Shown here piece after piece: positions 22,859-36,200 of a stretch of 64,000 nucleotides of DNA (the stretch's first letter is position 1; each line of letters begins with the position of its first letter). Origin of the DNA: Sphyrna mokarran (lineage: Eukaryota); the NCBI GenBank assembly GCA_024679065.1, contig JAGIQG010000012.1, forward strand, positions 50,840,001 to 50,904,000, written 5' to 3'. The notes below the pieces were generated by a model. That model did no database searches, had not been told where the DNA came from, and saw only the letters and a program-made list of their open reading frames with translations. A program made the position numbers and the translations under genes.

Positions 22859-24919
22859 GTGCTGCGTGCATTCAGATTGAGCCTTTTATTTCATTGTTAT
22901 TTTTGTAACTTTTAGCCTTATTTGCTGATATATTTTGACTGTGACAGTAGCAGTACAAATCTGTCATTTCCCATATTAATACCTCTCTCTCAACTTTCTC
23001 TACTGTTTGATTTACCATATCTTCCCTAATTAGGTCCCTTTCTCCTCATTATATAGCATAAAATCCTCTCTCCATCACTGGTTATATAGCTCATTGGATT
23101 ATTTGTCCCATCATGGTTCAAGTATAGACCATCTCATTGGCACAGCCTCTACTATCCCGTGTGCTGGTGCCAGTGCCCAATAAACTGTAACCCGTTTATC
23201 CCATGCTCGTCTTTGAGCCATGCATTCATTTCTCAAATTTTATTTGGTCTAAGCCTGTTTGTATGTGTAATAATCTAAAGATCATTACTTTGAAGTTTTG
23301 CTTCTTAATTTGGCACTTAGTTCCTATGTTGAATATGCACAGTGTCCTGCCTATGGCCTACCTACAAATGGACCATATCAACTGGATCCTCACACATGCG
23401 CACACCATTCCCAACATCCTCTCCAGCCCTGAGTAGACATCCTGAATACTTGCACTGGGTTTTGGTTCTCTTACTTACCTCATTTACAGTGACTTCCTCC
23501 TGTCCACTTACACTTATACTTAGACTTAGAGGACACTATCCTAAGGGTTGTAACCACTTCCTGATATGGTGTCCAGATACCTTTCCCCTTCACTGATGTA
23601 TCATAGTGTGTCCACTCAGCCTCTAGCTCAATGACTTTGTGCAAGCACTCCTTGAACTGCAAATACTTTAAGTGTTTGCCCTGGATTTTAGTGGCATCCA
23701 GGAGCTTCCATATGCTGTAATCTTGACGCAGCACTTATCCTGCCATCCTTAATGTGTTTTAATTAACTACTGAATTACTTTATTCAATTAATTATTTTTC
23801 ATTTTATATATTTTATTAATCTTACCACCAGTTTGTATACTATTTTAAATCTTAGAAGTAGAATAAATTTTAACTACTTACTGGATGCTCAACAAATAAC
23901 TGTCCTCTTCCCACGTAATAGAGTAAGAACCAATTTCTGCAGAATAAAGAAGTTAGAAAAAGCAAAGGAGCACCTCTTTCCCATCTTCACTTAACTCCCT
24001 CAATCACCTAACACTTGGTACTCTAGTTCAAAGTTGCATTCCAGTGTTAAGTCATGCTGAGAGGCCAGTATTTATATGCCCTCAAACAAGTTTAGCTTCA
24101 GGTACAGAAAAAAGTTTTATCTAGTTTCCTTAATTAACTACAACTGCTCTCCAGTGAAGCTTGTATCCTGCTTAAGCCTGGATAAAATTTAGAATTCAAC
24201 AGTAAATTTCAGTTAGATGCTAAGTGTTTAAATCAAACGCAATTTGTATTTTTAGTAAGAGATTAAGATTCTTTCATTTGCATAGTTCTTGGCATTCTTG
24301 TTCAAAGTTACAGAAAAGGCGTCAGTTTGCTTAGGGTGGGAATAATATATACTGGTAAGTTGGAGTCAAAATTAGAACACTGTTGAGGCCTGGCAGAAAA
24401 AGATTTGCTTTCCATTTTGGCTTTAAAAAAATGGTTCTGTGGCATGCACCTGATTCTCCCATGCATACAAATGGAAAGTATAAAATAGGCAGGATCAGTT
24501 GCTTGCAATAATTTTAATTTTCGTTTTGTCATATGTTGCATGTTCACTGTTAGTGCTTATGATAAAGGTAGAACTAAATAATATTTCAGTAATCAGAACG
24601 GAAGTTGCACGTGCTTCATTTTTCTTCACTTGGGAATAACAATTTTAATTTCTGCATGGAGTTACGTTTATAGTATGGGAAGGAAGAAAGAAAAGTATGA
24701 ATATTGTATCTATAACTGGTGTAATGTCATAACCATAGAAAAGGGCTAGTTAAGTGATTTCCCTTTTCCTACTCTTTTTAGTGCACCCGACTATGATGCC
24801 TAAACTATGGCTTATGAAAACACTTGTTCAGAGAATCCAGAGCTGCACCTTCAGTAAATTATCTTATAAAATTGTTTATTTCAAATTATATGTTTTCAGA
24901 TGAATATTTGTCTCCACAG

Positions 24920-25047
24920 GTTGCAGAAAGAGCTTTGTATTTCTGGAATAATGAGTACATTCTTAGTCTGATTGAAGATAACTCTGAGAAAATTCTACCA
25001 ATTATGTTTGGTAGTTTATACAGAATCTCCAAGGAACACTGGAATCC
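24920..25047 (+). CDS. PPP2R5A: PPP2R5A coding exon ([43 protein letters not shown])
   Basis: tctccacag|GTT...AAT CC|gtaagt; 128 nt; hallmark B56 motif (HFQ)[13 protein letters not shown]. Confidence 0.97.
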
Positions 25048-26726
25048 GTAAGTTTTTCTCATTAAAATATATGTATGTTTTGACTAACATATAGCAAAAT
25101 GATAAATCTACTCTTCACGTTGACGAAGTCCCAAAATGTCCAATCAGATTCAGAGTGGGTGGAACCTTTTGGTCCTGGCTTCAACACGGTTGCAATGCCG
25201 AGTAGAATAAGGAGGCTGAATAGCAGTTGAGATTGCAGCGAGATCAGACCCTTTTTCATCATGAGCTAAAGACACATCTCCTTTAGATCTGTCTTCAGGG
25301 CATCAACTTGCATTATTGTTAAATAAACCTGTCACCCCTAGTACAGCTGAGAGCCCTTCGTGCACATCAGCACATGGTGCTCATCCTGTCTCCCTCCTGA
25401 CAATCCTCCTTCCCCACACCCCGAAAAGCAATTACCACTTTCCCAACAGTGCTTCCACCCTCCACCACATCATCTCTCCAAAAATGTTCAGCTGATATCA
25501 AAATAGTTGCAATTTCTAGGGGTTATAAGTGAGAGAAGAGGGAAGTGAGCATTGACAATGGGAGATCTGGATACTGCTGTCCCACTAGTGGTGGGAGGGA
25601 CTGTCCTGTTTGAAGGCCTGCGTAGGTGAGTATTATTGAGGTGCAGACAATAACCACTGTCAAGTGAGTGTTAAGTACTGTTATTGATGCAAGGTGAGTG
25701 GTGACCATTGCCAGGGGTCTGAAGGGTCAGACGCTGTCATTGATGTAGGAGAAGACGAGCAGTATTGGGTTTGAACAGTGTTGGGGTTGCTGGTTTCTGT
25801 AATGCTTCAACACACCAGGTACTCTGCTCACCATGCTTTGCACCTCCTCTGAAATGCTCTAAGTAATTATGTAATAATGAGTATAAATATAGGGCAAACA
25901 GCCCCAAGCTGTGGTTCTGGCCATCTGATTCCACTGTCATAGCAATCCAGGTAGGGTAAAACCAGCAATTGGGAGTTTAAACTTCATGCACAAGTAAGTG
26001 CGCTAGTCAGGATTTCCTCAAGGTCCCGAGGAGAAACAGCACTTTGAATTCAGTCATTTGTCATTTATCTGAAGATTTGAGCCTTTTGGGGCAATTTTAT
26101 GAGGAAAATTCTGAGTGCCTTGTTTACGTGAAATCTGATTTTTGAGCGAGCCCAAATTCAATATCTTATGCACTTAGAAAGGAAAAAATGGATTAAACTG
26201 TTTATAGCTATTAGATAAAATGGGCAGAGCTTAAATTGCCCCCCCCGTCACCCAGACCAATTGCCTGCAGAGTGGCAGCCACCACTACCCCACTGATTGC
26301 AGGCCCTGTCTCCGTATCTGATCAGCCCTGTTGGACATGCTAGGCTAGCACTGCCCAAGGGGCAACCCTCTTTCCTTCAACCTTCTGGGGGCACTTCAAG
26401 CCTCCAGTTCTACTGGCAAGGCTATCATGGCTGGTCCCCATTTGTGGGGACCATACGTAATTCTCATCGGAAGGAACCCCTCCTGGCAAGGCACAGAAGC
26501 AAGTGAGCCTGAACAATTGCATCCTGGGCTTGCTAATCACATGAGTATGAGCATTAAAATATATTAAATAATTTATTCAGCTTTTCTCTGGAAATGGGTG
26601 AGAGGCTGAATGTGTCTGATATCTGGTGCTGGTAAAATTACAAAAGTCGAGAAATCGGGCCCAAACCTAATTTCTCGGGTCTCGTGTGATTTTACTGGCT
26701 CACACTGCCTATCTTGACTGTAGATT

Positions 26727-27611
26727 AGGTCTGCGTTACGAGGAGAGGTTAGGCAAATTGGGGCTGTTTTCCTTAGAAAGACGTAGACTTAGAGGAGATC
26801 TAATAGAGGTGTACAAGATAATGAGGGGTATTGATAGAGTAAACAGGGTTAAGCTTTTTCCTAGGATGGACTCGTAGCACGAGGGGTCACGGGCTTAGGG
26901 TGAGGGGGGTAAGGTATAATTTGGATGCTAGAGGGAGTTTTTTCACACAGAGGGTAGTGGGAGTATGGAATGCGCTGCCAAGTGAAGTGGTGGAGGCAGG
27001 CACTCTGGAGTTATTTAAGAAATACTTAGATGGGCACGTGAACAGAATGGGAATGGAGGGGTATAGAAAACTGATTTAAAATAGGGATCATGAGCCTTGG
27101 GAGTCCCTGGGAAGTGTGTAAATAGATGATGATATTGATGTACTTTTTTTTTATCCTACAGGTGCTTTGGTCCACCTTGTCTAACAAGGGGCATACATGC
27201 GATGGGTCGTGAGAGGGCTGCTCTTGGGTTTTTTCGAGAGTATCCTAGTGCTTCACGCCGCTAGTGTACGCTTGACCTGGACCACTTGATGGGCAACATG
27301 ACAGCTCAGTAACTATCACTGTGCTGTGCAGATACATGGATTTGGGCCTGTGTCTGTGGGAGTTTGCGCATTCTCCCTGTGCTCGTGTGGGTTTTTTCCG
27401 GGTGCTCCAGTTTCCTCGTATATCCCAAAGATATGCTCTTAGGCTAATTGGCAAAACAAATTCTTCCTAAATTGTCTGAAATTTGGTTTTTAATCCATAG
27501 ATCTATAAACTTAGACAGGGATCATGGATAGAGGTGGGAACATCGGGGTGGCGGCACTGGCTTGTTGGGCTGAAGGGCCTGTTTCCTGTGCTGTTTTTGT
27601 TCTTTGTTCTT
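26727..27611 (+). mobile_element. CR1 3' end with a V-SINE-containing 3' UTR (copy 2)
   Basis: YEERLGKLGLFSLERRRLRGDLIEVYKIMRG...; UTR colinear with copies 1 and 3. Confidence 0.93.
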
Positions 27612-27960
27612 AGATATAGAATGTATATTTCCCTTTGTTGAACACCCTAGAACAAGAGGCCATATAGGCTAAGGCATGGCATTTTTAGATGGCATTTTTA
27701 CAACAGAATTGAGGAGGGGTTACTCCATTCAAAAGTTGTGAATCTGTGGAATTCTCAACCCCAGACTGCAGTGGACACTGGAACACTAAACAAATTTAAG
27801 GAAATAATAGGTTTTTAATTAGTATTGGGATGAAGGATTATGGGGAGCTTATAGAAAGGTGATGATGAGGCCAAAGTGAGATTAGCCATGATTGTATTGA
27901 ATAGTGGGGCAGGTTTGATGTGTTGAATAGCCTACTTCTGCTCCTAATTCTTACGTCTTT
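27612..27960 (+). mobile_element. Older CR1 3' fragment
   Basis: VVNLWNS-type coding remnant and tail GAATAGCCTACTTCTGCTCCTAATTCTTA. Confidence 0.7.
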
Positions 27961-28391
27961 GCATTTTTATATCAGTTTTTTTTGTTAGTTTTAGAGGTTA
28001 TAGTTACAATGATTTTTCATCTTCGTAGCTTTCAAGGGCAGCTTTATATTATCCTTCCACTGTATAGTTGTGTTGAAGTAACCTCAGTTGTACTTCATTT
28101 TAGATTCATTTCAAAGTTCAGAGAAAGGAGACCTTCAGATTATTGTCTATACTGGATTTACTACTGAAATCATGTTTGTATGATTATACATACAACTTAC
28201 AGTCCATTCTGAAGAGAAGTGAGACTCTTGTTCAAGGGATCTCATACGTTCTATCTGGAGTCAGCTTAAGCCTAAATGTGGATTCAGACTATACTACATT
28301 AAAACTGCAATATCACTGCACACTGGCATTACAATTGTATATGAATAATTTTTAAACTTTTTTTAAATGTTTAGTTGATACCAGTTCTAGT

Positions 28392-29225
28392 ATCAGCCGT
28401 GGTTTAGTTGACAGCACTCTTAAGCTTTCCTCTGAGTGATAATGTTGTGGATTCAAGTTCCAATTCATTTGAAAATGAAAATCCAGGCTGACGCTCCATT
28501 GCACTACTGAAGAAATTCTGTACTGAGAAATTTGTTGCTTTTTCATTGGGACATTCAAGGGACCCACCTCCTTTCTCAGTTAAATGCAAGCGGTCACGTG
28601 GCACTATTTTGAAAAAGAGCAGGGAAGATGGCGCATATCCTGTCCAGTATTTCTTCCTGAACAAAGACTAGTCCATCACACAGTGAATGAAGTCCAGTCC
28701 GTCATGCAAACCAACCTTCCATCCATTGACTCTGTTCACGCTTCCCGCTGTCTCAGAAAAGCAGCCTGCATAATTGAAGACCCCACGCACCCAGACATAT
28801 CCTCTTTCTTCATCTTCTATTGAGAAAAAGAGACAAAAGGCTGGTCATGGACCAGCCAAGTCAAGAACAGATTCTTTCCTGCTGCCATCAGACTTTTGAA
28901 TGAACCTAACTCGTATTAACTCGTATACCAACTCGACAAGTTAGCTATTACTGTAACACTACATTCTGCACCCTCTCCTTTCCTTCTCTATGTGCAATAT
29001 GCTTTGTATGGTGCGCAAGAAACAATACTTTCAACTGTATGCTAATGCATATGACAAATTAAATTAACTAATATCTCAAAATCCAGATCAACTGGTCATT
29101 GTGAGAACTTGCTGAGTACAAATTCACTGACGCATTTCCCACATTGAAACAACGATAACACTTAAAAGTACTTCACTGTTGTGAAACATTTTGGGCATCA
29201 TGATGTTGTGTTATAAATACAAGTT
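28392..29225 (+). mobile_element. Deu-domain (SacSINE1-like) SINE split by a Rex1 fragment
   Basis: head CAGCCGTGGTTTAGTTGACAGCACTCTT...GGATTCAAGTTCC, Deu-like GGCACTATTTTGAAAAAGAGCAGGG, L2-type tail; resumes after ~29070. Confidence 0.7.
28662..29068 (+). mobile_element. Rex1-type LINE 3' fragment
   Basis: NLPSIDSVHASRCLRKAACIIEDPTHP; 3' UTR similar to 22560-22858. Confidence 0.8.
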
Positions 29226-29621
29226 TGTTTTTACATACATAACCATACAGCCTTTTAAGAAAGACAAAAAAAACTCCCAAGTCCAATTTAGGAGAAATCT
29301 CCTGAAAATTCCTTTTATAATCTTCTAAAGCAATTGAAAGAAAGCTCAAAGAGATTATTAAGTCCTACTATTTCCAGCCACTTCAAACTTTATGCATTAT
29401 GATTTGGAAATGTCCCCCTCTCTACAGGAAATACTTCATCTGTCTATTTCAGACAGAAATGATTTGTGTGAAAAAAACGTTTGTGCCATTGCACCCACAC
29501 CTTCTGGCTTTGATATTCCTATTCATATCAAATTCTTACCCAGTTGAACAGAATCCCTTAAGTTGATATTTTTGTTCAAGATGTCTAGTTAGAGAGGAAA
29601 GCCATTCTACCCAATTTATCT

Positions 29622-29682
29622 CATTGTCATGAAATACCTGATTATTCCATTGTCATGAAATACCTGATTATTCCTTTGTCAT
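29622..29682. repeat. 26-bp tandem duplication
   Basis: CATTGTCATGAAATACCTGATTATTC x2 plus a partial third copy. Confidence 0.9.
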
Positions 29683-29988
29683 AACTTCCAGCTGTTTATT
29701 AATTCCAAAGTGTTCCATTACTCTATTTAAAATGCCAGTTTATATGTTGAGCACAATTTTTGTGAAGAAAATATTGTTGACATCACTGCTTATTTTGTCC
29801 TGTGCTGGTTTGAACTGTTTAGTCATATTTTGGATCAATCTTTCTGGATTGTTTTTCCATCTTTGATAACTTTATAGAATCATACTGTAGACGTTTCCAG
29901 TTTATTTATATTGCCTTTTTCACTCTTTTTCCATAAATTCTTCTGTAACTATGAGGCACATTCAAGTGAATACAAACTTGTTTTACAG

Positions 29989-30090
29989 AACCATTGTAGC
30001 ACTTGTTTACAACGTACTAAAAACATTAATGGAGATGAATGGATCATTATTCGATGAACTTACAGCGTCTTACAAGGCAGAAAGGCAACG
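29989..30090 (+). CDS. PPP2R5A: PPP2R5A coding exon ([34 protein letters not shown])
   Basis: ttttacag|A ACC...CAA CG|gtatgc; 102 nt; phase 2/2 matches both neighbours. Confidence 0.96.
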
Positions 30091-31211
30091 GTATGCAATC
30101 ATTAACTTTTTTATTTTACACTTTCTGTTAAGTGTTTATTGGGTCTCTTTATTGCCTTACAAAAAGTACAGATTGAGGGTTGAGAACACACTCGGACAGT
30201 CAGCTTTCCTGTTTTATTTTCTTTTTCATCTTTGTGACAATGAGGCTGTGAAAGGACCTTATCTCCTTTCATCCCATCTGTTGATTGCTCAGTTGGCAGC
30301 AGAAATTTGCTGTGAATGTCTTGTGGAGCTACATTTACCATCTTGTGTTTGTACATCAATGATTAAGCTGCTGTTTCTTCTCTCGGAATGCATTCTTCAT
30401 TAATTGGCTTGTGACAAAACTCATGCTACCTTTTCATCGTGCACTGTATAAGATATGAATGGCCACTGAACTGAAACTATATTAATGCAGTGGCAGAATT
30501 TGAATAACTATTCCTACCAAGTGTCTGACAAAAACTGTTTTGATGGATGCAATTGTTTCAATTGCTCATGAGTGTAGTTTTATTAAAAAATTATACCTGG
30601 CATTTTCATTTTTAATAATATGAGCTACCACATTGGGTCATGAATCTTGGATTTTTGTAATGTAGATGATTGGTGTTAAAATAATAAAAAATCATGTACT
30701 ATTTTGCCTTTAGCTGAGGTGTCCGTATGTACAGCAGTAAGAAATACTTGTTTTTTTAGCGTGATGTAAATACACTGCAGATTAATCACCAATTTTTTTA
30801 TTCATGTGGATGACAAGTTACAAATTTTATTGTTGCCCACTGATTTCTAAATTTGCATGGGTGTATTCAGAACAAAGATCTAAAATTATCCTTTTTTGGA
30901 GCTGAATAGTATTTGTGCAGCAATAAGAATCTTGGCTTGAGGAAGTGCATAGCCATTTTACTTTGAACAACGTCCTCCTTAAAAAGTCATGGTCATTTTG
31001 TATGGCTTCTGAGTCAACAATGATCATTTTTAGAAAGTAACTTTGAAGCCTGTATTAACAAATCCACAATCTATTTAAAGTTTAGTTATTTAGAGATGAA
31101 TTTGGAAAACTATAAAGTACAATTTTTCACATTTAAAGTTCCCTCAAGTGACTGTACTTCACAGTGCTGTTACTAGTATTGTTCAGTAACAGATTAATGT
31201 TTAATTTGCAG

Positions 31212-31359
31212 TGAAAAGAAGAAAGAACAGGAGCGTGAGGAACTTTGGAAGAATCTTGAAGAGTTGCAACTGCAGAGGAGGCAGGTGCTTGCTGGCAGCT
31301 TGCAGATCAATACCCACAATGTGGAAAATGCTCGGAACAGTACATCAAGTGCCAAATGA
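31212..31359 (+). CDS. PPP2R5A: PPP2R5A terminal coding exon (EKKKEQEREELWKNLEELQLQRRQVLAGSLQINTHNVENARNSTSSAK*)
   Basis: tttgcag|T GAA AAG...AAA TGA; EKKKExEREELWKxLEEL is the B56-alpha C-terminal helix; stop at 31357-31359. Confidence 0.95.
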
Positions 31360-33250
31360 CCAAAACCAACAGTTGGGCTAGGAATTATGGAGCATTTCAT
31401 ACATATTTTGGAATATGTGTGGAAATAATACATACACAAGGCAAACCTTCAGCAGTATACTTCCAAAAAAGACCAGCTTTTTTGAGCTGTAAATTATGTT
31501 AAAAAGAAAGAATATGAACTTTGAACATTACTGTGTGACCACATGATATTTGTAACTTTGTCTGATCATGAATTTATTACGTCACTTTTTAGAATTCACA
31601 GAGAATAAATGAATTTATCATTTGTGACCAGAGTGAAAATAATTGAGTGGTGAAACTATGACTTGAAAAAAATAATTTTTTGATTGTGCTGCACATAGAA
31701 AATTAGTCAGCTATTTAAATATAGATTTTTTCCTATTTTATATGTGCTTCTCACAATGCGACAGACCTCGAGTAACATGAAAGGGAGTGAGTTATGCATA
31801 CACAGAAAATATTAGAAATTTGAGCATAAAATATTGTATGTTTTTTTCAACTAGTCTTTCTGATGCTGTGCCAGAGAACCATTCCATTCTGTAAACCTAT
31901 GGCAGTGTGAAGCTCTTTTGTAATGAGACACCTTATTTGGGGTTTTGAGCTACATTAAATAAAGTCTACATAATATTTGTATTTGGACCTCACCATTATT
32001 AGCTTTTATACATGAAGAAAAGTTTTACATAGTTTCTGACGGAACTGAATGAAGTTCAAATGGTTGCATCCAAGTATAAATGTTTAGATGCCCAGTCCTA
32101 GACTTTCACTTGCTAAATAAAGGGACACTGTCACTACAGTGGCCATTCATCTGAGACAACAAATATTCAATCTGACCTAAGTAGAATCATAAACTTTCTG
32201 TTGACTGCAGTGCCCTCTATATGAAATAAAAGAGTAATTTTAATCTCATTCCTATTAGCCACAAGTTGCTAACATAGCTAACTTGGGATTCATAATCAGA
32301 GTAGCTATTTTGGGCAGTGTAGAAGTTGTGATGCAGGTACATTTTTAGAGCAAGTAAAACAGTTTATTTTGCATCAACTTGTTCTTTCTATGAATCTAGC
32401 TAGTGCTAATAAAGCATACACCAGGAGTAAACATATGATAGAAATACATTTAACCATTTCTCAGCACAAAAGGTTGTACTGGCAATTTTGATCCCAAGCA
32501 TAGATGCTGATAGATTTCTTTTTTAACTTTCTTGTTTCTCTGGGTGAAATTTTCTTTATCCATGCAGCCTTATCACAGCCCACAAGAAATGTTGCATTTT
32601 TTTTGTTGCATCAATAAGACCATTTTTATGTACATCAGAGAATATTAGTGCCCAGACCCTATTCGATGCAGAAACTGAATTTTTTATTTTAAGCTTCCTT
32701 ACACATTAACAGCTGTATGTAAGGGTTTATTCTGGCTGTTTTATTAAATTAAAATAGCTAGAAAAGGTGTGGGAATGTAGTAAAAGCAGTTTGCTGGAGA
32801 ATTTTGAAAGATTAAGGAGCAAGGATGGGGATATACCGTTAGTGTATGTATGTCATTTCAACAGTAAATCATCATACATGTTTGATAATCTGTAAAATAA
32901 TAATCTGTTAAAATTTGGTAATTTCATTAACTGTCAGAAGATCAAGATCACCTGTAACTGATTTTTAAATATCCAAACTCAAATGGATTTTCTGTCTTAA
33001 ACTTCAAAAGTCATGATCTAGTCAAATTGCTGCTATAGCTGACATCTGGGTAGAGCAATTAATTGTATCTCTGCAAGTAATTATTTTGGATATGTTAAAT
33101 AAATATGAATTCGTAGTCTCGATAATTTTATCCATTAGAAAAGATGCAAAATATTTACTGATTTCCCTTAATCATTTGCCCATCAGGAGAGATGAATAAA
33201 TGCAGTCAGATGGTTCATAATTACTCTTGCATGACTGTAGAATGATGTAT
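31360..33250 (+). other. PPP2R5A: Probable PPP2R5A 3' UTR (3' end uncertain)
   Basis: AT-rich stretch after the stop with no recognisable TE and several AATAAA hexamers (near 31604, 31959, 32116, 32225, 32408, 33098, 33195). Confidence 0.55.
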
Positions 33251-36200
33251 GGTAAAAACACTAAATAGGAAGGAAATTAATTATTTGGAATTTATGACTG
33301 ACTGGAAGAATTGTAGTAGTGTTTTGTCCCAGATTTTGGGTTAATGTCATATTAGATGAGTTACTGCTGGTATCTTAAAAATGCCAGTTGTTAAATCTAA
33401 TTGCTTTTGAGCCCAGTGACGCTTTACAGAGCAATACAATGATGCAACACTTTTTCTTTCAGTAACTAGGCAATGTTAGGAACATGAAAGTAATTCATGG
33501 TGTAATCGTTCACTAGTCAGCATTTAACCTGAAAAATTATGGCATTTTGTCTCGTTAGTTGCTGACGAATAATGCATATTAGTGTCTCACTCAAATCTTT
33601 TAAAATATCTGTTTCCCCTTTTTCTAGTAGTTTCCGGATCTTTGAATTTACTCTGTGATTTGAGTAACTGTTTTGTTTTTCTTGTTTATCAAACTGCCAA
33701 GGGGCTTGTTTATCGTTCTGATGACTGATCTAATGTGGCCTTTATCTTTTTAGGTGCACTATTGATTTTACAGAATTTTGTCTTTAATTTCGGATTTCCT
33801 TTTGGTGCAGTGTTTAATTCATTACCATTTCATTTCTACTAAAATTAGCCTTAAAGTCTGGTTTATTTCATGATTTTCTTGCCTCTATCTTCCTCTTCTG
33901 CTGCCTGCCCCATTGCCTTGCAAAGTCCTTGACCTATTTCTATGATGCCCCAAAATATACACCAGAACTACTCTGGCAGATAAATAGTTTTTCAATTCAA
34001 CCTGACACGTTTCCTCTTGACTCATTTCTTATTCGTTTTTTTACATCTGTGAACTCTGACCTCAATTGTTAGCTTTTCATCCTGGAAATACTGACATTTT
34101 ACATAGCCATCCTTCACCAGAACGATCCATGGTTCTTTCATTTCTTCCCTGAAAAGTAGTCTAATCCATTTCCATCCACTGTTTCTCTCCCCTGCCCGAT
34201 TGACCTTTTAACCTGGTATAACTCAAAAAGCTCGATCCACTTTTTTGAGATATGAGCAAAGAAACCCTCATGCCTGTCTTTTTGACAGATGTGTGAATTG
34301 TTTTGTTCTTATACTATTCAGGCTTTTTCGCTGACCATGTCTCCAGTTGCATTGGCAGGTGTATTGCTATTATTTCCTAGCCGTAGTCTGATCCTGAGAA
34401 TTACTTTCATTCTATGTTCAATTAAACCCATTCTTTCATTTTTACCTAGTATATATCAGAATCCTCTTTCTGTGCATATCTGGCATAGGTTTTTCATATA
34501 TTTCAAACTCAATTATTTTTATTTCCTGTAAACTATTTCTGTCCCTCTTGGTTATATCATTGCATCTTCTGGCAGATCCACTTCTCTCACCAATGCTTTT
34601 GAAATTTCATTTCACTCAACCAAGGTTTCATCTCACTAGTGTTTGCAAAAAGGATTCTTGACTGAATTTGCCTCACTTCCCATGTTTCTGCTCTCATCCC
34701 TCCTTTTCCCTTTGCAACATCTTCCACCTCATTAATTTCCACATTATCCTTCTAGCATCTAATATAATTCCATACAAAGTGCATCTGTTTCATCTCCACA
34801 CTCTGCTGTCCAGAGGAATTGTTCAAACTTCCCTAGTTCCAACTTCTAGTCAACCTTGTACTTTGTTGTGCAAGTGCAGCCAATAAAGCAACAGTTATTT
34901 CAACCCGCATCATATAATACTGTCCAGAGATTTAAATTCCTCTCTTCATATATCTTGTGCAACCCAGAATTCTTTACCAATTTAGTTCTGAATTAGGAAG
35001 ATAAATTTTCATTGCTGGCAAGTGTGTTCCCATCTATTTCAATGCAGACATCTTGATTTTGCCTCCCTGCAATGCTTCAATCAGACTTGACAAAGACTTT
35101 AGGAATAGTGTCCTATTTCTTGTGGGTACTCAATCTGATCTGAACGTTAATTTTAGTAATGTCACATCTTAGTTACATCTGTATTTCTTTATAGAATTCT
35201 GCTATTTGCATGTTTTTATTTTTATTAATGACGCATTATATGTCCTATTTGATGGAGCCCATGAAGTGTCTGGGTGGCATATAGTCCAAGTTGTGTATCA
35301 AATGAAACTCTTACATTAGTCATTTAATACAATCTAACTTGTTTTGTTTTTTTACATTAAAAATAGGTGGAATATGTAGGTATAGTTTTCTGTTTGGGAC
35401 AATTTTTGTTTGCTATCAGTGGAATGAACATCTTGTTTATATTTTTAATTTGAAACAATTGAATAATTTTTAATTGCGATGGTAATGTCTTATTTGTAGG
35501 ATAATTCATCATTTATTGAACTCAACTCCAAATAGAGAGTTAATTCAAAGCCACCTCTTCAGAAATGCCACTCATAAGAAATAGAGGAGTTGGTTATATA
35601 GCCCTTCAAGCCTGCTGTGCCATTAGATATCGTGACTTTCCTGCCTTTTCTCCATGCCCTGTGATTCCCTGAAAGACCAAAAATCTGCATCCTTACCTGA
35701 AATTCACAGCAATGGAACATCCAAAATCCAACCCAACAATGCACAACCCTTTAAATGAAAAAAATTCTCTTCATTATCCTAAAATTCTGCTCTCATATTT
35801 TGATTTTCCAGCCAGGGGGTAAAAAAACCGCTTAATTTCTACACAGCGAGGCTTCACGGCCCATTGTATCTAATTGCATTTCTGTAATCTTGTTTGAGTT
35901 CTGCAAATGTGTCACTACCTCCGTTACATACCTATCTTAAATTTTCTTATTTGAAACCTTTCAATCTGGTTTCCAATCTGCACAGAAACTGTCTTGGCCA
36001 AAATTACATCCTCTGCCTACCTTGTATACTATCCCTACAGAGCATCTTGTGGAATCTGGTAGTAGTTTACATCATGCATTTCCATTAGTTAACTAACTGT
36101 GACTGCTCTTGCATGTTCCAATTTCTGCATGCCTGAATACAGTCAGCATATCTTCATAATTATTTTTCTTCCCTGTACAATCATCTCAGGATTCCTTGAA

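Larger units (their letters stand above)
17020..23750 (-). mobile_element. Old CR1 (ORF1 plus ORF2 N-terminal half) fragmented by nested insertions
   Basis: pieces at ~17020-18052 (LNLKKGNYE, MENKEMTDELNRYY), ~21617-21800 (endonuclease YDxxAITxTWLQ-like), ~22858-22890 (LNARS) and ~23060-23750 (ORF1 esterase-like VHLxVG/HWHQ remnants and LQFKECLHKVIELEAE). Confidence 0.7.

Noticed and set aside
29622-29682. CRISPR-like or regulatory repeat array
   Set aside because: Simple head-to-tail duplication with no spacers, in a eukaryotic intron.
29951-30403. 150-aa ORF as a standalone gene or alternative C-terminus
   Set aside because: Only 29989-30090 is B56-like and is bounded by splice sites; the rest is read-through into low-complexity intron sequence.
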